Origin: Candidatus Latescibacterota bacterium | GTDB taxonomy: Bacteria > Latescibacterota > UBA2968 > SICM01 | NCBI GenBank assembly: GCA_965217865.1 | Contig: CBDCJO010000002.1 | Coordinates: 864,001 to 928,000 of the forward strand | Length of the DNA stretch: 64,000 nucleotides | Direction: 5' to 3' | Shown here: positions 19,583-30,258 of the stretch, piece by piece | Layout: each line of letters starts with the position of its first letter | Numbering within the stretch: the stretch's first letter is position 1 | Program-made: the position numbers and the translations under genes | The notes under the pieces: model-generated | Told to the model about the DNA's origin: nothing | The model's input: the letters and a program-made list of their open reading frames with translations, nothing else | The model's database searches: none

Positions 19583-21694
19583 ATGGACCGATTAAAACGA
19601 GACTTCTCAAAGGAAGGGACATTGTGGTCTGTTCGTTTGGGAATTTTCGATCTGGCCCCAATTGTCTTCCTCTTGTGGTGCCATGGGTTCCTGAACGTAC
19701 GATATTTAAAGATCGATCCCGTGATGTCTAAGGCACTCCATATATTGTCCTACGTTGTAGGCAGCCGTCTCAATAGAGAGAAGATTGAATATCAGCTAGG
19801 TGACATGCGAACGGCTGATGGCGCATCGTTGCGTTTCTGGGTTGAATCGCGTGCAAGCCAATGGGGTATGACGGTAGCAAAGGAAATTGTAGAAGCTTGG
19901 CAAAACTTTTCTTTGCCGGTCTGGGCGAAATCCGATCGGGCAAGAATATATTTGGAACGACAAGGCATCTGGGAAGGAGAAAAGGATCTGTTAATGGAAC
20001 TGGTCACTGTAGTAGCATTGGGCCAAAAAAAAATAAAGGAAGAGGGATCAACGGGATGCCATTATTTTCTATGCCCGGATTGTCTCAAGTGCCGTTCCAT
20101 TGAAAAGGAGATCCTTGAGACTGGATTCAAGGTTCTCATCTCTTCGTCTTATATTCCAACGTTATTATACTACCCTAGGTTTTGTAGGAGATTGTATAAA
20201 ATTTTAACAATTTCCCGTTTGGTCGAGGCTCTGTCCAATCGAGGAAGAAAAGAGTGTCTCAAAAATAACCTGGCCGTTCAATACGTAGAAGGCATAGACC
20301 TTTCCCGGCGGTCGGAGCTGTTCTGGTATCCAGAAAGCGGAGTTGGGCCTGAAGTTATTTTCTTTTACTTCAATTTCCAAAGTATTGTCGATTCGACACA
20401 ACCATTAAGAGATCTAGAGGCGATGGGTATACACACCATTGTATTAAATCCTGAGTCGGGGCCTCAAGCCGTTCCAAAAACAGAAATCAATTCCTGGACT
20501 CCGAACCCGAAATGGCTCCCATCAATTCAGTTAGTCAATACGCTTCCAGGATTTATTTGGTTTTTAATTCGGTCAAAGGATCATTTTTTTCCGTTCCTGG
20601 TATGGTCCGCCAGGGTCTGGCATGACCTCTCGAGAAAAACCTTGTATTGGTTGCGTTTCATAACAGAAAATCATATCGCACTCAATCTATATGCGGATGA
20701 AGGACAAGAGTCGGTTGCACAACACGTTGCTGTTGACCTTTGCGGCGGCATCCAAATCGGCCGGCAACGGTCAGAAATATGGAGGCCTCCAGATAACTTA
20801 CTCGGATTTTATCATGGCCACATTCATTTTGTTTGGGGTCGGCATTATATCGAAAGGCTGCAGCAAGGCCATAATGGCCTTTCCTACTGTATAATAACGG
20901 GATTTACTTACGATCATACCTTTTCGGAAGCCAGAAATAAAGGTTCGGAGATTCGAAAAATAATTGTTAACTCCGGAGCGAAATTGATTATTTGTCTCTA
21001 TGACGCCATTGTTCGTGACCACATGTATTCCGAAAGAATGATTAGAAATATATACACGGGATTCATCGAGTGGGTGGAAAGTGATTCAACCGTTGGTTTG
21101 ATCATAAAGTCAAAGAAGCCGGAAATTTTGCTGGGAGTACCAGATATTTCCCGGCGCCTACAGCACCTTCAAGATTCCACTGGACGTTGTATACTCCTTG
21201 ATCCAAAGACGCAACCAGCGACGGGAGCTTTTGCATCTGACTTTGCAGTGGGGCTCGGAATTAGTTCTGCTGTGACCGAAGCCGCTATCGCAGGTGTCCG
21301 AGGAATTCATTGCGATCTGAGGAGCCTGCGTTCTCACGAGTACTATAAATGGGGTTACGGGCGTGTTATCTTCGACGACACTAAATTTATGATCGATAAT
21401 CTTAAGTCATTCAAGGAAAACCCTAACAACAACCCGACATTGGGGGATTTTAATCCAATTATAGATGACCTCGACCCATTCCGAGATGGACAGGCTGGTT
21501 ATCGCGCGGGGCAATATATGCGCGGGCTTCAGGAAGGATTTAATCAGGGACTCCATCGGGAGGATGTTATGAACAGAGCCAATGATCTCTACGCTGATGC
21601 TTGGGGTGCAGACAAGGTGATCGATATGCGAAAAGTTGAGGATTCTCAGGCAATGGACAATAGTCTTTATCAATCAAGGAAGGCGAACCCTTGA
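19583..21694 (+). CDS. Large hypothetical polysaccharide-biosynthesis protein (possible GT-B fold)
   Basis: 703-aa ORF in operon; IIKSKKP, SSAVTEAAIAG and LDPFRDG features in the C-terminal half. Confidence 0.6.
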   Translation: MDRLKRDFSKEGTLWSVRLGIFDLAPIVFLLWCHGFLNVRYLKIDPVMSKALHILSYVVGSRLNREKIEYQLGDMRTADGASLRFWVESRASQWGMTVAKEIVEAWQNFSLPVWAKSDRARIYLERQGIWEGEKDLLMELVTVVALGQKKIKEEGSTGCHYFLCPDCLKCRSIEKEILETGFKVLISSSYIPTLLYYPRFCRRLYKILTISRLVEALSNRGRKECLKNNLAVQYVEGIDLSRRSELFWYPESGVGPEVIFFYFNFQSIVDSTQPLRDLEAMGIHTIVLNPESGPQAVPKTEINSWTPNPKWLPSIQLVNTLPGFIWFLIRSKDHFFPFLVWSARVWHDLSRKTLYWLRFITENHIALNLYADEGQESVAQHVAVDLCGGIQIGRQRSEIWRPPDNLLGFYHGHIHFVWGRHYIERLQQGHNGLSYCIITGFTYDHTFSEARNKGSEIRKIIVNSGAKLIICLYDAIVRDHMYSERMIRNIYTGFIEWVESDSTVGLIIKSKKPEILLGVPDISRRLQHLQDSTGRCILLDPKTQPATGAFASDFAVGLGISSAVTEAAIAGVRGIHCDLRSLRSHEYYKWGYGRVIFDDTKFMIDNLKSFKENPNNNPTLGDFNPIIDDLDPFRDGQAGYRAGQYMRGLQEGFNQGLHREDVMNRANDLYADAWGADKVIDMRKVEDSQAMDNSLYQSRKANP

Positions 21695-23634
21695 AGGCCT
21701 TGGTATTCTTCGATGCCTGGTGTGCAGACTCGGGAATTTTCCCCCCAGATGACGAAGAAACGGGCTGGGTGGCGCTAGATCCTCGCGCTATGAACCACCT
21801 GATCCAGCGCGGTATCCCAAAGCAGCGAATTCAATCTGAGGTTGGATGGATAACGACTGAGAGACGAGAGCACCTGGTCCGATGTTCCGATGATTCGTTG
21901 CAATGGTTACGGAAACAAGCCAGGTTTCCGGAACTTGAGGACCTCGAATGGAGCCTTTCCGAACTCCTCTTGTGGTATGCCTATTGGGTGGTAAACTACT
22001 GCCTTTGGGTGTTGGAGTTGAACTCGGTTTTTTCGGACTTCTATAAACCGGAAGTTCTCCGGGCGGGGAATCCCTCCCGTATTTCCCACGATAATGCATT
22101 TATCACAGAGCAGGATGGACTTTTGGCAAATCTCACGGCCAGCTTTGCCCGAAACCGAAACATCCGATTCGAGCCGATTGAATATAATCGAACTAATGGC
22201 GGGAAACCCGATCGGTGGCTTTCTCCGGCCATTTCCGGACGGATAAACAAACTGATCCAGTTTATCCGCTCAAGGTACAACGGCGCCAAGCAGTTGAGGT
22301 CCGTAAAAGCATTTGCCGCATCGAGAACCGACCTGATCCTGGCGACAACGCTTACCTATCGAATGGGAACCCTCATCGAATATCTCAGGAACAAAGGCTG
22401 CAACACAACGGCCTTTTTGCTTGATGATGAACCGGTGAAGCCGTTCGACGGGAGCTTTAGGATGTCCGAGATATCAGCGTGTCTTCCGAGAGAAGTTGAA
22501 GGATGGCGGTATATTAAAGAACGGATGAATACCCTTTCAACTGCGGTTGAGGGGGATCCGGATTTTTTTTCCCATTCCGGGGTTTCTTACGGAAAGCCCC
22601 TTGCGAGTAAGTTGCAAGAGGGCATTGGCCCCTGGATGTTCAGGGTTTTGCACAGGGCCTCTTCAACCGAAGAAATCGTCCGGAATGTAAAACCCAATGT
22701 GGTGGTGGCCGCGGGCGATCTGGATGACGATCGGTTCACCGGCGCGATCTGTAGGCGATGGAATGTCCCCGGAATTATGATATCCCACGGATCTCACGTT
22801 GTTCCCAAATCCGAGGCCGAGCATATCGAATGGGGAACACACACGATAGGAAAGATGCGATCGTCTTTTCAATTTCAGGCGTTACAATCGCCCCTTGCAG
22901 AAGCTCATCGAATGGTTTTTCCTTCAGATGGCACTTCAATTCGAACCGGCCCTTTGCTGTGGGGATCGGCCATCGACCCTGGGCTTGCGCAAGCCCTTCG
23001 ACGGGAATTACTTGGAAACTGGGATGGGCGTGTCATTTTGCACGCCGGTACGCCGAAGGGGGGCCGGAGCACCAGGTTTTATATATATGAAACTCCGAAT
23101 GAGTATGTTCAGGGAATCGTCGACCTTGCGGAAGCCGTTAAAGCGCTGTCAGAAGTTCGTTTGATCGTGAAATTCCGGCCGTCGAAGCATATCAGCATTG
23201 AAGATTTAAAGTCCCAGGTGGAATTTTCGGATCGGGTCATCTTGAGTGTGGATGAGCCTTTTCTGGATGTTCTCGGGTTCTCTAATCTCATGGTCAGCTT
23301 TTCATCGACCACAATTGAGGAAGCCCTTGCAAACTGCATCCCCGTGGTCTTTTATGGAGGTGATGGGCGCTATCAGCATGTTGAAGCACCTGTCTATCGT
23401 CCGGGGGAAGCCTTACCTGTCTCCCCGGTCTACGCCATAAAGGATTCTACCCACCTTTCCGCAGGGCTTGAAAACGTGTTGGCACTCACAAAGGAATTGA
23501 CTTCAGAGGCGTTCAGACCTTTCCGGTTTTCCCCGGAGCAAATCGATCCGATCGAGGATTTTTTGGGCCAATTCCTCAATGGTGAAACAAGCACCCCGGA
23601 AACAGTAGGGGCGGAAAATGCATCGTCTCTTTGA
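21691..23634 (+). CDS. Hypothetical polysaccharide-biosynthesis protein (GT-B-like)
   Basis: ISHGS, IVKFRP and SFSSTTIEEAL motifs recall ulosonic-acid transferase/CDP-glycerol transferase-like folds. Confidence 0.6.
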   Translation: MKALVFFDAWCADSGIFPPDDEETGWVALDPRAMNHLIQRGIPKQRIQSEVGWITTERREHLVRCSDDSLQWLRKQARFPELEDLEWSLSELLLWYAYWVVNYCLWVLELNSVFSDFYKPEVLRAGNPSRISHDNAFITEQDGLLANLTASFARNRNIRFEPIEYNRTNGGKPDRWLSPAISGRINKLIQFIRSRYNGAKQLRSVKAFAASRTDLILATTLTYRMGTLIEYLRNKGCNTTAFLLDDEPVKPFDGSFRMSEISACLPREVEGWRYIKERMNTLSTAVEGDPDFFSHSGVSYGKPLASKLQEGIGPWMFRVLHRASSTEEIVRNVKPNVVVAAGDLDDDRFTGAICRRWNVPGIMISHGSHVVPKSEAEHIEWGTHTIGKMRSSFQFQALQSPLAEAHRMVFPSDGTSIRTGPLLWGSAIDPGLAQALRRELLGNWDGRVILHAGTPKGGRSTRFYIYETPNEYVQGIVDLAEAVKALSEVRLIVKFRPSKHISIEDLKSQVEFSDRVILSVDEPFLDVLGFSNLMVSFSSTTIEEALANCIPVVFYGGDGRYQHVEAPVYRPGEALPVSPVYAIKDSTHLSAGLENVLALTKELTSEAFRPFRFSPEQIDPIEDFLGQFLNGETSTPETVGAENASSL

Positions 23635-24298
23635 CGAGTTTATCCATCCATTGCTGAATGCTTCCAGACCGCGGTCTTTGCTTGAAATCGGGGTTTTGCA
23701 CGGCAAGAATACTCTGAATCTGTTGCGGTGGTGTGCGGGTAATGGGGCCCATCTGACTTCCCTTGACCCGGTGGAGTGGACTGGAGATCTTCCGGACGAA
23801 TTTAGAAGGGGTGACTCGAACTATAAATACAAAAGGGGGCAACCCAGATTCGAGGATTGGAAGATTCGGCCGGAGGGGCTGGAGGAGGCCTTCAGAGAGG
23901 GTTTGGATCGATATTGGACATGCAAAAAAAAGCGGAGTCTGGATTACTTTGTCTCACCGGAGGTCGATTCTTTCGATGCTTACGTGATCGATGGCGACCA
24001 CAACTTTTTTACGGTGATCACTGAACTCTTCATGATTCACCGATTCGTCCGCAAAGGCACGGCAATTTTCCTGCACGATGTCGCAAAGACAACGAATGCG
24101 CGGCGGGACGAGTATTACGATCCGACGCTGATACCAGATCACCAGATCGACGGCCCCCAACAGGGGATCCTGACAGCGATAGAGGTTTTTCTTAGCAAAA
24201 TTGGGGGAAGGGGTCTGGGAAGACGTTTTTTCGCGCCCTACGAGTTTCATATCCTGACCAAGAAACACGATGGCCTGGGCTTTCTTATTCATCGTTGA
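23618..24298 (+). CDS. Class I SAM-dependent methyltransferase (Methyltransf_24-like)
   Basis: LEIGVLHG, IDGDHN and FLHD motifs. Confidence 0.8.
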   Translation: MHRLFDEFIHPLLNASRPRSLLEIGVLHGKNTLNLLRWCAGNGAHLTSLDPVEWTGDLPDEFRRGDSNYKYKRGQPRFEDWKIRPEGLEEAFREGLDRYWTCKKKRSLDYFVSPEVDSFDAYVIDGDHNFFTVITELFMIHRFVRKGTAIFLHDVAKTTNARRDEYYDPTLIPDHQIDGPQQGILTAIEVFLSKIGGRGLGRRFFAPYEFHILTKKHDGLGFLIHR

Positions 24299-25140
24299 AT
24301 AAATATCACTATCCGGATCATTTAAGGGGTTGTCTTTTGATTCTTGGCCCTGTAAGAATGACTATAAGAGTGATTAAGAGGTGCCTAAAGGGAATACTGG
24401 GTTCTTTGATTGCCCATTCCAAGACTGGAAGCTTCAGACCATTTTTCGACGAAAACAAAGGAATTGAAAATTTGACAAAAAAGAGCCTTCTGTCATGGAT
24501 TTACTATCATCAGCATTACATTGTAGGCAACAACAACCGATTTATGGGAGCCCGAGCTCTAAAGAATCCGATGGATGCATGGGTTTATCAGGAGATAATT
24601 TATGAATTAAAACCTGATATCATTTTGGAAGTGGGTAACAAGGAGGGGGGCACGATTCTCTATTTTGCGATGTTGTTAGACATGATAGGAAAAGGGCGAG
24701 TTCTTGCATTAGATCTGGACCATAGCAGATGTTGCGTTCGACATCAAAGGATTACACTGATTACGGGAAGTTCGTGGGACAAGGAGATTATCAAGCGTGT
24801 TTATGATGAATGTAAGGGGAAGGCGGTTTTGATAATCCACGATGCAGACCATACTCGAGAAGGGGTCTTAAAGGATTTGAGAAATTATGAAGGGCTTGTT
24901 TCACCTCCAAGTTACTTCATTGTGGAAGATACAATTGAAGGTCTAAGAGGGTTTGTTTTTGATCGAAGTGACCGATATAGATGGTTCATACGACCTAGTC
25001 GGAACACTGCATTACAGGCAGTCGAAACTTTTCTATCTGAGAACAAGCGATTCATCGTTGATCGAACAAGAGAAAAATGGGTACTGACTTCTAATTACAA
25101 AGGATATTTAAAATGCGTTGGTCAAAAAAATCCTAGTTGA
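24295..25140 (+). CDS. CmcI-family (rhamnosyl O-methyltransferase-like) protein
   Basis: KNPMDAWVYQEIIYELKPDIILEVG..GG, DADH and YFIVED motifs. Confidence 0.85.
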   Translation: MNKYHYPDHLRGCLLILGPVRMTIRVIKRCLKGILGSLIAHSKTGSFRPFFDENKGIENLTKKSLLSWIYYHQHYIVGNNNRFMGARALKNPMDAWVYQEIIYELKPDIILEVGNKEGGTILYFAMLLDMIGKGRVLALDLDHSRCCVRHQRITLITGSSWDKEIIKRVYDECKGKAVLIIHDADHTREGVLKDLRNYEGLVSPPSYFIVEDTIEGLRGFVFDRSDRYRWFIRPSRNTALQAVETFLSENKRFIVDRTREKWVLTSNYKGYLKCVGQKNPS

Positions 25141-25181
25141 ATTTGTTCCCGGTAAAAATAGTTACATTTGGTAGTAATGCA

Positions 25182-25913
25182 ATGGTCAAATCCAAACATA
25201 TAACTGCCATGATACCGGCGCGAATGGGAAGCCAGCGCCTTTCTCAGAAGAACTTGGTGTTGCTGGCTGGAGAGCCCCTAGTATCATATGCGATCCACGC
25301 GGCAAAAGGCTCCCGAGTGTTCGACCGGGTGGTGGTCAACTCGGAAAATCAGGTTTTCGAAGAGGTGGCTCAGCTTTATGGCGCGGAGTTTTACCTTAGG
25401 CCCGATCATCTTGCCACCTCCGAAGCACGCTCGGACGACGTGGTAAGGGATTTTATCCTCAATCATCCCACGGATGTGGTGGTTTGGGTGAACCCGATTG
25501 CACCGTTGCAGCCCAGCCAGGAGGTTCAGGCTGTTGTGACTCATTTTGTGGAAAAAAACCTGGATAGCTTAATTACGGTCCGTGAGGAGATGGTCCATTG
25601 CAATTTCAGGGGGAGACCCCTAAATTACAACCCTGAGGAGAAGTTTGCCAGGACGCAGGACCTTGACCCTATCGAGAGGTTCGTTTATTCGCTGATGATT
25701 TGGAAGACAGAGACTTTTATGACAACCTATGACCAGAAAGGATATGCCTTTCTTTTTGGGAAGATGGGATTTTATCCCGTCTGCAGGGAGTCGGCGATTA
25801 TTGTCAAAAAGGAAGAGGACATTCGTATGTGTGAGTACATCCTGACCGGTATGCGTGAAAAAAGGGAAGAGCCGCTCGAGTACTTCCAGGTCACCGAGGG
25901 AGAGGCGGGATGA
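25182..25913 (+). CDS. NeuA-family acylneuraminate cytidylyltransferase
   Basis: MIPARMGSQRLSQKNL and RPDHLA motifs. Confidence 0.85.
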   Translation: MVKSKHITAMIPARMGSQRLSQKNLVLLAGEPLVSYAIHAAKGSRVFDRVVVNSENQVFEEVAQLYGAEFYLRPDHLATSEARSDDVVRDFILNHPTDVVVWVNPIAPLQPSQEVQAVVTHFVEKNLDSLITVREEMVHCNFRGRPLNYNPEEKFARTQDLDPIERFVYSLMIWKTETFMTTYDQKGYAFLFGKMGFYPVCRESAIIVKKEEDIRMCEYILTGMREKREEPLEYFQVTEGEAG

Positions 25914-27073
25914 ACGGATCGGACGAGGCGGTTAATGTGCTCATCGTTGGGGCAGGCATGTATGTCTGTGGTGGGGATATGGGGGGTTTCGGGACGGTAC
26001 TGCCCACTCTGGTGCATGCCCGGAGCCAGGGTTTGGTCAACGAGATTCACGTTGCCGCCACCAAGGTGGAGAGCATCCAACGTTTAAAAAATCAATTGGA
26101 GGGATTAAATCGGCATCTGGATACCGATTGCATTATTGAGGGATATCCCACGGGCGAGGGTCGGGATCCGGATGCCTATAAACAGGCAATCGAACGCCTT
26201 CCCCGTCCGGCCTGTGCAATCGTTGTTGTCCCAGACCATCTTCACGCATCGATTACCGCTGAAGTCATCAGAGCCGGGATCCACGTCATGGTGGTCAAAC
26301 CCCTTGCCCCAACGATGGCGGAGGGCCGACAACTGGCCATACTGGCCGAGGAGTTCGATGTATTCGGGGCTGTGGAGTTCCACAAACGCTACGATGAAGC
26401 CAATCTTATTCTACGTCAGGTGATTCTTGACGGCAAGCTTGGAGATCTCTGTTATGTCAGCGTGGAATACAGCCAGCGGCGCAGTGTTCCCGAACACGCC
26501 TTCCGCGAGTGGGTGGAGCGAACCAATATTTTTCAGTATTTGGGCGTGCATTACGTGGATCTCATCTATTTTGCAACGGGTGCCAGACCCCTGCGGGGTT
26601 TGGCCACGTCACAAAATTACTATTTGGTGAATCGGGGAATTGACACACCTGATGCAGTACAACTTGTAGAATGGGAATTGCCGAATGGGCGTCGCTTTGT
26701 CTCGTCCTTTCTGACACACTGGGTGGATCCGGAGACCACCTCCGCGATGTCGGACCAGAAGATTGCTGTGGTTGGGACGGGTGGACGCTATGAAAGCGAT
26801 CAGAAACACCGTGGTGTACAGGTTGTAACAGATGTAAACGGAATAGAGGACATAAATCCATATTTTACACAGATATATAAAGGACCAAACGGTTCTAAGG
26901 ATGTGCACGGTTATGGTCCCCGAAGCATCCTGCAGTTTCTCCAGGATGTTGAGAGTATCCATGCGGGACGTCGAACCGTCGCTGATCTGTCTTCTTCGCG
27001 TCCCTCTTTTCGTGAGGCCCTCGTTTCCACGGCGGTAGTTGAGGGGATTAGCCAGAGCTTAGCAGCCCGTTGA
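25910..27073 (+). CDS. Gfo/Idh/MocA oxidoreductase whose last ~13 codons are displaced by IS copy 2 (native end at 28633)
   Basis: GAGM, VPDHLH, VKP, FHKRYD and GVHYVD motifs; after the IS the frame continues GDGGNWVTIASAD*. Confidence 0.8.
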   Translation: MNGSDEAVNVLIVGAGMYVCGGDMGGFGTVLPTLVHARSQGLVNEIHVAATKVESIQRLKNQLEGLNRHLDTDCIIEGYPTGEGRDPDAYKQAIERLPRPACAIVVVPDHLHASITAEVIRAGIHVMVVKPLAPTMAEGRQLAILAEEFDVFGAVEFHKRYDEANLILRQVILDGKLGDLCYVSVEYSQRRSVPEHAFREWVERTNIFQYLGVHYVDLIYFATGARPLRGLATSQNYYLVNRGIDTPDAVQLVEWELPNGRRFVSSFLTHWVDPETTSAMSDQKIAVVGTGGRYESDQKHRGVQVVTDVNGIEDINPYFTQIYKGPNGSKDVHGYGPRSILQFLQDVESIHAGRRTVADLSSSRPSFREALVSTAVVEGISQSLAAR

Positions 27074-28588
27074 AGAACTACCTTTCAACGCACATAAACG
27101 GAAAAGACGCCTGGAGTGCGGGTCAGATAAATCAAGGTAAGGAGATTGAGCAGGAGACGCTGATAAGAGGTTAAAAAGGTGACCGAGGGCAGCAAACGTG
27201 ATTGTAGGACGAGCAGTAGACGCTGCAAGGCCTTGGCCAGGTCCTGGAGGGCCTTCGGAGTACCTACGCCCATCACTTTGCGCATGAGCAGAGCCAGGTT
27301 GCAGCCCCCGATGTGGATCAGCAAACGCTTGAGGATATTGCCGCGGTCTCTCAAGTGCAACCTGCGCATGCCACCGGTATCATATGTGTGAGCGATGGTT
27401 CTTTCCACCCGTTCTGCACGACTTCGGCGCAAGACCTTGCCGCGATCTCCCTTGATCCGGCGTCGATTCGCATATACCGCGGCCTGCTCATCTCGTCGGC
27501 CGTTCCACTTGCGGCGTCCCCGATCCGGTTCTGAAATGTAACTCCGGATGCCGCCTTGCTTCAGACTGGTCAATACATCGTTGCTATGATATCCTTTGTC
27601 CGCAACCACCTCCCGTATACGCTGTCTGTGCAAACGTTTGGCAGCTTTTTCGTCCTTCGCGACCTGCTTGAGATTGAGCTGCGCCTCGAGCAGCGTCCAG
27701 GGCAACGACTCGGTATCTCCTTCATCTGCTCCCGACAACGCCACTGCCACAATGGCATTGGTGTCCAGATCCACCGCGTGCTCCACCTTGTGCGCCATGT
27801 GCGTGCGACCGTCCTTCATCTTAGCGATCTTGGCATCCGGGTCGTGCGGGTGCTCCCAGTCCTGGTTCGATCCCTTCTTCGGTCGCTTCTTATCGATCTT
27901 GGACAAGTCCTCGCGGGTAGGCGTTTCAATGCCCGAGGCCTTGGCCAGATTCTCAAGGAATGCCTGGTAGCCTTCACCCGTGTCACGGCGTACAATGCTG
28001 CGCATCGCGGCGTTGGCCTCCAGTGTCGTAGCATCCACGCCCAACGTCTTCCCCTTCACCAGACCCGCTTTGCACAAGACCCTCAGGATCCACTTGAAAA
28101 CCGCTTCGTGAACTTCCAAGGGAAGCCGATGCCGGATGCGAGACAGGCTGGAATGATCCGGGGTCTGTTCGTCAAGGGCATACCCCAAAAACCGGCGCAA
28201 CGTCAGCGAGTCAGATACACGCCATTCGATCCCACGTTCCGAATCAAGTCCCTCGAAATACCCAATCAAAAGCATCCGAAAATAAACCCCGGGCGGAATG
28301 CCCTTGCGACCCATATGAGGAGCGTAATACCGCTGGCAAAGCCCCTCGACGAACTCGTCGAAGCCGTTCGCCCCCAATACCTGATTCAGCTTCTCGTAGA
28401 ACGGATGACCCGGAGATTTCACCAAAGTGTTCGATGCGATGTTCAGGTTTTCCTGTCTCTGTCGTCCTCGTTTTCCCATTGCCATTTGCTCGTCCTCCCT
28501 TCTCAGTTTGAACCTGATATATCATAGGACCAAACCACAAGGAAAGACAACAGTCATCTTGGCATAAATGCACTTTTTCAACAGGCTG
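27063..28588 (-). mobile_element. IS1182/IS5-like insertion sequence, copy 2 (1526 bp, inverted relative to copy 1)
   Basis: Same TIRs as copy 1; flanks TTAG / ATAG (4-bp duplication with one mismatch). Confidence 0.9.
27085..28485 (-). CDS. DDE transposase, near-identical to 7240-8640
   Basis: 466 aa; three amino-acid differences visible (F/N, A/V, P/L). Confidence 0.9.
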   Translation of the reverse strand: MAMGKRGRQRQENLNIASNTLVKSPGHPFYEKLNQVLGANGFDEFVEGLCQRYYAPHMGRKGIPPGVYFRMLLIGYFEGLDSERGIEWRVSDSLTLRRFLGYALDEQTPDHSSLSRIRHRLPLEVHEAVFKWILRVLCKAGLVKGKTLGVDATTLEANAAMRSIVRRDTGEGYQAFLENLAKASGIETPTREDLSKIDKKRPKKGSNQDWEHPHDPDAKIAKMKDGRTHMAHKVEHAVDLDTNAIVAVALSGADEGDTESLPWTLLEAQLNLKQVAKDEKAAKRLHRQRIREVVADKGYHSNDVLTSLKQGGIRSYISEPDRGRRKWNGRRDEQAAVYANRRRIKGDRGKVLRRSRAERVERTIAHTYDTGGMRRLHLRDRGNILKRLLIHIGGCNLALLMRKVMGVGTPKALQDLAKALQRLLLVLQSRLLPSVTFLTSYQRLLLNLLTLIYLTRTPGVFSVYVR

Positions 28589-28822
28589 ATAGGTGATGGT
28601 GGAAATTGGGTGACGATCGCATCGGCTGATTAACGACCAGATCGTATATGAAGTGGAACTGCTTTGAAGCAGAACTTTATATAAAGTGGCAGTACGAACA
28701 TTATCCACAGCATTGAGACAGTTCCATTGTACGACTATCACCGCCTGTCATTGGCTAGTACGAACAGCTTCTCAGACGTTCCTTCTACATCAGGAATATG
28801 ATTTTTGAGGAGATGCGAAAAA

Positions 28823-29917
28823 ATGAACATAGCACCAGACGACCAAGAGTTATTGAAGCTCATGATAGAAGATACTGGAAACGCTCCAAATATTTACAAA
28901 CCCACCAACTATTGGGCGGTTTGCGAAAAGAGTTTTCTTCCGGAATTGGAAAAATTAGGACTTAGGGATTTTAGAAGGAGAAAAAATTCGATTCAGCAAA
29001 GTTTTGGGGCGACCGATCTGTTTAGACCGCCCCCACAGATTGACTTGCGTAAAAGCAGGATGTTTAATAATCGCATCACCAGGAGAATACCGCTGTGGTC
29101 AAGGTTTCTGTCTTTACAAAACGGCTTACTGAACAGGGTCTTCCCCGTTTCATGTGAAACTTATGAGGCAGGGGAGTCTGATCAGTTGCTTTATGAGTTT
29201 GCCCGTCTTTACGGAGAAAAGGTTGGAGCTAAACCCGTCTATCAGTTTAAAGCGTCTTTAATCGGGAACCCCGAACACGTTATTATGGTCGGGGACAAAC
29301 CGTACACGATATCTATACTATCGTGTTACCTTCAATATGCTTACTGCTGTAATTACATCGACTTTGATGGTGTTAAAATCTTGGTTGAGTTGGGGTGTGG
29401 TTCTGGAAAACAGGTTGAAGTGATTAAAAAGCTGCATCCGGATATCTGTTTTTTGTTGTTCGACATCCCGCCGCAGGTATATGTATGTGAGCAATACCTA
29501 AAGTCAGTGTTCCCCGGTGATGTTGTGTCTTATAGAGATACAAAACAGATGGACTCAGTGACAGATATTCGCGGGGGAAGAATTTTTATTTTTGGCAACT
29601 GGAAGTTTCCAATAATAGGACAGTTGCGAGCTGATCTGTTTTGGAATTCCGCGAGCTTCCAGGAGATGGAGCCGGATGTAGTGGCGAACTATTTAAAGTA
29701 TATAAACACACAGGCGAGAGCAGTTTATTTGAGAGAAGTTATGGGGGGGAAAGAAGTCGCTTTAACCAGGGGGAGCCCTGGCGTGCTGAAGCAGACGAAG
29801 CTGGAGGATTATAGAAAAGGGCTTGGAAACTTTAAGCTGCACAATATATCTCCGGTTCTTTGGCCCATACGCAAGCGGTCAGGTTATAGCAATTCCTTCT
29901 GGGGGCGGTTGTCCTGA
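28823..29917 (+). CDS. Putative sugar O-methyltransferase
   Basis: VELGCGSG, FDIPPQ and NSASFQEM..VVANY motifs; GAGGAG RBS upstream. Confidence 0.75.
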   Translation: MNIAPDDQELLKLMIEDTGNAPNIYKPTNYWAVCEKSFLPELEKLGLRDFRRRKNSIQQSFGATDLFRPPPQIDLRKSRMFNNRITRRIPLWSRFLSLQNGLLNRVFPVSCETYEAGESDQLLYEFARLYGEKVGAKPVYQFKASLIGNPEHVIMVGDKPYTISILSCYLQYAYCCNYIDFDGVKILVELGCGSGKQVEVIKKLHPDICFLLFDIPPQVYVCEQYLKSVFPGDVVSYRDTKQMDSVTDIRGGRIFIFGNWKFPIIGQLRADLFWNSASFQEMEPDVVANYLKYINTQARAVYLREVMGGKEVALTRGSPGVLKQTKLEDYRKGLGNFKLHNISPVLWPIRKRSGYSNSFWGRLS

Positions 29918-30219
29918 GAACCCCCTACTCCGAAATAGCCAAGGAACTTGACGTAATCGAGAACGAATTCCTGGCTTCGATGGCCTGAATCCTGCATGGC
30001 ACAACCCGAAGGCCAAGGATTGGTATGACGATATCGTCGGCTACGTCGAAAGCGAGTTCTGAGTCCCGGACGAAGAATCTTTGGACCGGAAGGAGCTTGT
30101 AAAGCTTTGTCCGCATCAGAAGGATTCTTGGGCTGATGTTCAGTAGAAGAGCCTAGCTGGTAGATGCCTTAGGAAAAGCGAGCCAATAAGAAATAGTAGA
30201 GGGTTTGGGTTATTGAATA

Positions 30220-30258
30220 AAAGGCCGAAGGCGATTCCGCCTTTGGTCTTTCCTTTTT
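30220..30258 (+). terminator. Rho-independent terminator-like hairpin (possibly bidirectional)
   Basis: AAAGGCCGAAGGCG-ATTC-CGCCTTTGGTCTTT followed by CCTTTTT. Confidence 0.55.

Noticed and set aside
7137-28588. Arrival of the block as a composite transposon
   Set aside because: Each IS has its own target duplication and splits a gene that continues on both sides
28701-28709. Perfect DnaA box TTATCCACA
   Set aside because: A single copy with no box cluster or origin-associated genes; expected by chance
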